Source: Felis catus (lineage: Eukaryota). From it: 64,000 nucleotides of DNA. Location of the stretch: contig NC_058369.1 of NCBI RefSeq assembly GCF_018350175.1, positions 25,360,001 to 25,424,000 of the forward strand, in the 5' to 3' direction. Shown piece by piece: positions 61,601-64,000 of the stretch. The notes beneath the pieces are model-generated. The model was not told the DNA's origin and did no database searches. It was given only the letters and a program-made list of their open reading frames with translations. How positions within the stretch are numbered: position 1 is the first letter of the stretch; each line of letters begins with the position of its first letter. The translations under genes were made by a program, and so were the position numbers.

Positions 61601-61922
61601 AGCTGCTCCTAACCTCCTTCAACTGTTTACTAATTACATTCTGAATTCTTTCCAAATTGTTCAAGTCTCATAGATACTGAAATGATAATTGAAATGGATT
61701 TTGACCCCCTCTCCTGTTTTTATCACAACACTAGAAGTATACTAATGACAAGTCTTAACTGTTGAATCCTTCCAGTACATCACCAATGAGATCCCATTAC
61801 CTCTCATCTGCAGGTGCCTGCTGTGTAGTTCCCGGCTTGTGAATGTCCTGTAAACTCTCCTGGATGATGAGCTGGGTATCAAAGTCCTCATCTGTGTCTT
61901 CATCACTGGCGTAATTATCCAT
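49492..61922 (-). CDS. ASB14: ASB14 (ankyrin repeat and SOCS box protein 14), spliced CDS, 9 coding exons, 587 aa; one donor is non-canonical (TT)
   Basis: Exons: 61922-61801, 60108-60053, 59605-59474, 59377-59219, 56708-56463, 54043-53872, 53183-52640, 50579-50426, 49670-49492. Total 1764 nt with no internal stop. [24 protein letters not shown]... ankyrin repeats ...[16 protein letters not shown]...QGIFTGTW*. Confidence 0.95.
50426..50579 (-). CDS. ASB14: ASB14 coding exon 8 ([25 protein letters not shown]...EIHFIL)
   Basis: cttag| acceptor, |gtgagt donor, 154 nt. Confidence 0.95.
50800..51375. mobile_element. MLT1-type MaLR LTR remnant with a young CanSINE (~51092-51321, minus) inserted
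   Basis: ccagcttccttgcacctaga...taagttctagccagtgagatgtgagtggaagtg motif; SINE TSD agccaccttat. Confidence 0.7.
52337..52525 (+). mobile_element. CanSINE
   Basis: Typical body; TSD-like ttaaaatctttt. Confidence 0.85.
52640..53183 (-). CDS. ASB14: ASB14 coding exon 7 ([11 protein letters not shown]...VIKDTM)
   Basis: ctcag| acceptor, |gtaagt donor, 544 nt; ORF 52568..53170 with ankyrin repeats. Confidence 0.97.
53391..53612 (+). mobile_element. Young felid CanSINE
   Basis: Near-identical to the copies at 34631 and 45263; TSD taaaactcaga. Confidence 0.95.
53872..54043 (-). CDS. ASB14: ASB14 coding exon 6 ([18 protein letters not shown]...[12 protein letters not shown])
   Basis: cttag| acceptor, |gtaagt donor, 172 nt. 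Confidence 0.95.
56463..56708 (-). CDS. ASB14: ASB14 coding exon 5 ([12 protein letters not shown]...TALHEAA...FTPLALAA...LLQK)
   Basis: cccag| acceptor, GC donor |gcaaga, 246 nt; ORF 56395..56685. Confidence 0.94.
57330..58570 (-). mobile_element. Ancient LINE-1 (L1M-type) remnant
   Basis: Diverged T-rich sequence resembling old L1 in antisense (ORF 57304..57525 has weak L1 ORF1-like PTP/ELKK motifs); boundaries approximate. Confidence 0.45.
58790..59140 (+). mobile_element. LINE-1 3'-end fragment with a poly-G run
   Basis: tttgcaacgatgtggatggagctagag...atttcactcatctgtggaatttaagaaac; similar to 47960-48290. Confidence 0.88.
59219..59377 (-). CDS. ASB14: ASB14 coding exon 4 (SKPSVWEQ...GETPLFLAV...GNSPLLT)
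   Basis: ttcag| acceptor, |gtaaat donor, 159 nt; ankyrin TPL motif. Confidence 0.95.
59474..59605 (-). CDS. ASB14: ASB14 coding exon 3 (KEDALARL...GWLPLHKAA...EITLK)
   Basis: aatag| acceptor, |gtaagc donor, 132 nt; ORF 59406..59762. Confidence 0.94.
60053..60108 (-). CDS. ASB14: ASB14 coding exon 2 ([18 protein letters not shown])
   Basis: ttttctatgcag| acceptor; peptide and phase fit the neighbouring exons, but the donor reads ttaagt. Confidence 0.85.
60565..60759 (-). mobile_element. CanSINE
   Basis: Typical body; TSD-like taaacc(c/g)aattt. Confidence 0.88.
61801..61922 (-). CDS. ASB14: ASB14 coding exon 1 ([40 protein letters not shown])
   Basis: ATG at 61922; donor AG|gtaatg; probable upstream acceptor ttttgtag| with exon starting at 62017. 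Confidence 0.94.
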
Positions 61923-62469
61923 GTGAGACGCTGACAGATTTCAAGTCAGAATGAATTGACAATATTTTTCCAGTTACGAAAAGATTATCAGTTTCATTAC
62001 AAATGAAACTCAGAAAACTACAAAATTGAAAGGAGTGATAAATGAAGCAAATGCAAGATTTAGAAAAACCCATTACATTTTTTCCCCATAAATTCAAAAG
62101 AGTTTTCTGGACTGCCACAAATTCAATATAAATTAGAAGTTGCCATGATTAGCCATTTACTTAATGCCTACTCAGGAAGATCAACCTTCCGTATAAAACT
62201 TGGGTCAGTGTTGTTTTAACTATGAAAGTAATGGTTTATTTTAGACCTGGCTTATGAGTTTTTTCTCAGTGATTGTAGCCCTCACCCAAAACATCTTTAT
62301 GCTGCAACAGCAAATATTAAAAATAAACACATCATAGGAATATATGCACTCTCATAATAACAACATATAACAGGAATAGTGGTAGTAAAAAACAATGTAT
62401 TTTCTTAGGCAATAACTCAGTTGTTTAAAAGAACATTTCTGTTGTATCATAGAATAGGTTCAATCACAT

Positions 62470-62620
62470 ACCAGACTTTTTACCTTCTGTTATATCCTTT
62501 AGGAGAGCATGGAAGTTCTCACTGTAAGATTAGCACATCAGGATTTTCATTTCTATTTAGGGTCTCCCCTCCCCGTAGTGGCCATTCCATTAATAGCTTT
62601 GCTATAAATACATGATCATA
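62470..62620 (-). promoter_or_regulatory. Candidate ASB14 core promoter and non-coding first exon
   Basis: Minus-strand TATTTATAG (TATA/MEF2-like) at 62610-62602; candidate donors AAG|gtaaaa after 62484 and CTG|gtatgt after 62472. Confidence 0.35.
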
Positions 62621-63380
62621 AGACAGTCTGGCACATTCTCCTTGTTTTTTACATGGGGTTTAGCTCTATTTGGAAACATGATCCCTTCTCTTCACTGCTA
62701 TATTCATCAAATTTAAAGGACTAAACATTTTATTCCTGGTATAAAATGCTTTTGCAAGGGGTTGGCTGTGTGAAGTGAATTCATTCTCCTGCTCATGGCC
62801 ACTGCAGACCAGAATCAGTTTTTCATCTGAGAGGCCATTTTCTCTGTCCCAACAGTCCTGATTCACTGGGTAGCTGCACCTACATTTTCTTTGGGCTACA
62901 GAGCTGCAGCCTAAAGTGTACTGGGAATCCTAAGGAAGGAATTAATTCCACACACAAGATAATAAAATTTCAACTGTAAGTTTGTATTGTTGAAATGTCT
63001 TAAAATCGATAATCTATACTAATATTTTGAATGTATATACTAAATGAGAACATTAACTATTAAAAATAATGAAGAGACACTTGGTATTTCCAATTAAACA
63101 TGAAATAAATGCCAAGAAGCACGCTATGGCCTGGGGTGGACAGGCCTGCCGCCAGCCACCTTACTGCCTCTGTATGTACGCTTCCTGCCCGGGGGACTGT
63201 GAGAAATGGAGCTGATGTTGTAAAAGTATGATGTAAGGGGTTACTTCCGGAATTGTTTTGATACTTCCTTATTTATAACCATCTCTGGTAAGTGAGTAGA
63301 AAGGGAACTACTCTTGAAGCTGAAGAAATGACTGCACACTTGTGAAAACAGGTATTTTCTGATATTAAATTTTATCCAGT

Positions 63381-63959
63381 GGGACGCTTGGGTGGCTCAG
63401 TCAGTTAAGCCGCTGACTTCAGTTCGGGTCATGATCTCGCGGTGTGTGGGTTTGAGCCCCGCATCGGTCTCTGTGCTGACAGCTCAGAGCCTGGAGCCTG
63501 CTCCAGATTCTCTCAAAAAATGAATAAAAACATTGTTAAAAAATTTAAAAATTTTATCTAGTTTCCCCAAATATGATTTTCACATATATATCAAAAGTTT
63601 CAAGGATTTTTCTCTTTAAAAAAAAAAAGTTCATTTATTGAGTTTTAAAATTTCCTGTCACATGCTTTCCCCTATAAAAATAATAGCAATAATTTTTAAA
63701 AAGCAATTAAATATAAGGCGATTCCTTATATGACATTTACTTTGAATTATAAAAATAAATTAGAGAAATTTTTAAAAAAAGTTTATTTTGAGAGAATGCA
63801 AGTAGGGGAGGGGCAGAGAGACAGAGAATCCCAAGCAGGCTCCACACCATCAGCACAGAGCCCAACATGGGGCTCAAACTCACAAACCGTTAGGTCGTGA
63901 CCTGAGCTGAAATCAAGAGTCGGACGCCCAACCCACTGAGTCAGTCACCCAGGTGCCCC
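63381..63959. mobile_element. Two CanSINEs (~63381-63550 plus, lacking the CT tract; ~63773-63959 minus)
   Basis: Typical heads and tails. Confidence 0.88.
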
Positions 63960-64000
63960 TCAAAGACTTTTCATGTGCTTTCAAGAAACATTTCTCTTCA

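Noticed and set aside
49492..61922. Calling ASB14 a pseudogene
   Set aside because: All nine exons keep frame with no stops; a single donor anomaly is not enough, and an in-frame rescue route exists.
62600..64000. 3' end of DNAH12, the expected syntenic neighbour
   Set aside because: No dynein heavy-chain C-terminal exon recognised inside the window.

Overview
Mammalian genomic DNA from a feliform carnivore, probably a felid, judging by the dense tRNA-derived CanSINEs that include a young, near-identical cat-type subfamily. The window holds two convergent genes. APPL1 (+ strand) has a CpG-island promoter at ~5.85-6.95 kb and 22 coding exons from 6229 to 40115 (2127 nt, 708 aa, BAR-PH-PTB adaptor ending in the PDZ-binding motif SEA), followed by a ~4 kb 3'UTR. 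ASB14 (- strand) has 9 coding exons from 61922 down to 49492 (1764 nt, 587 aa, ankyrin repeats plus SOCS box). The rest is intronic or intergenic and carries SINEs, L1 fragments, Tigger2a, MER44, a Tc2/Kanga-like transposon relic, an MLT1 LTR and microsatellites. Most notable observations: (1) the donor after the second ASB14 coding exon reads TTAAGT instead of GTAAGT in an otherwise intact gene; (2) ASB14 has a donor just after its stop, plus a minus-strand acceptor inside the last APPL1 coding exon and an ATTAAA just before APPL1 exon 21, predicting a spliced antisense 3'UTR exon over APPL1 exons 21-22; (3) a GC-AG intron in ASB14; (4) a candidate divergent minus-strand exon upstream of APPL1; (5) inverted young SINEs around the largest ASB14 exon. 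I found no evidence of a wholly new gene system. Gene and repeat names come from my recognition of the sequence, not from database searches.
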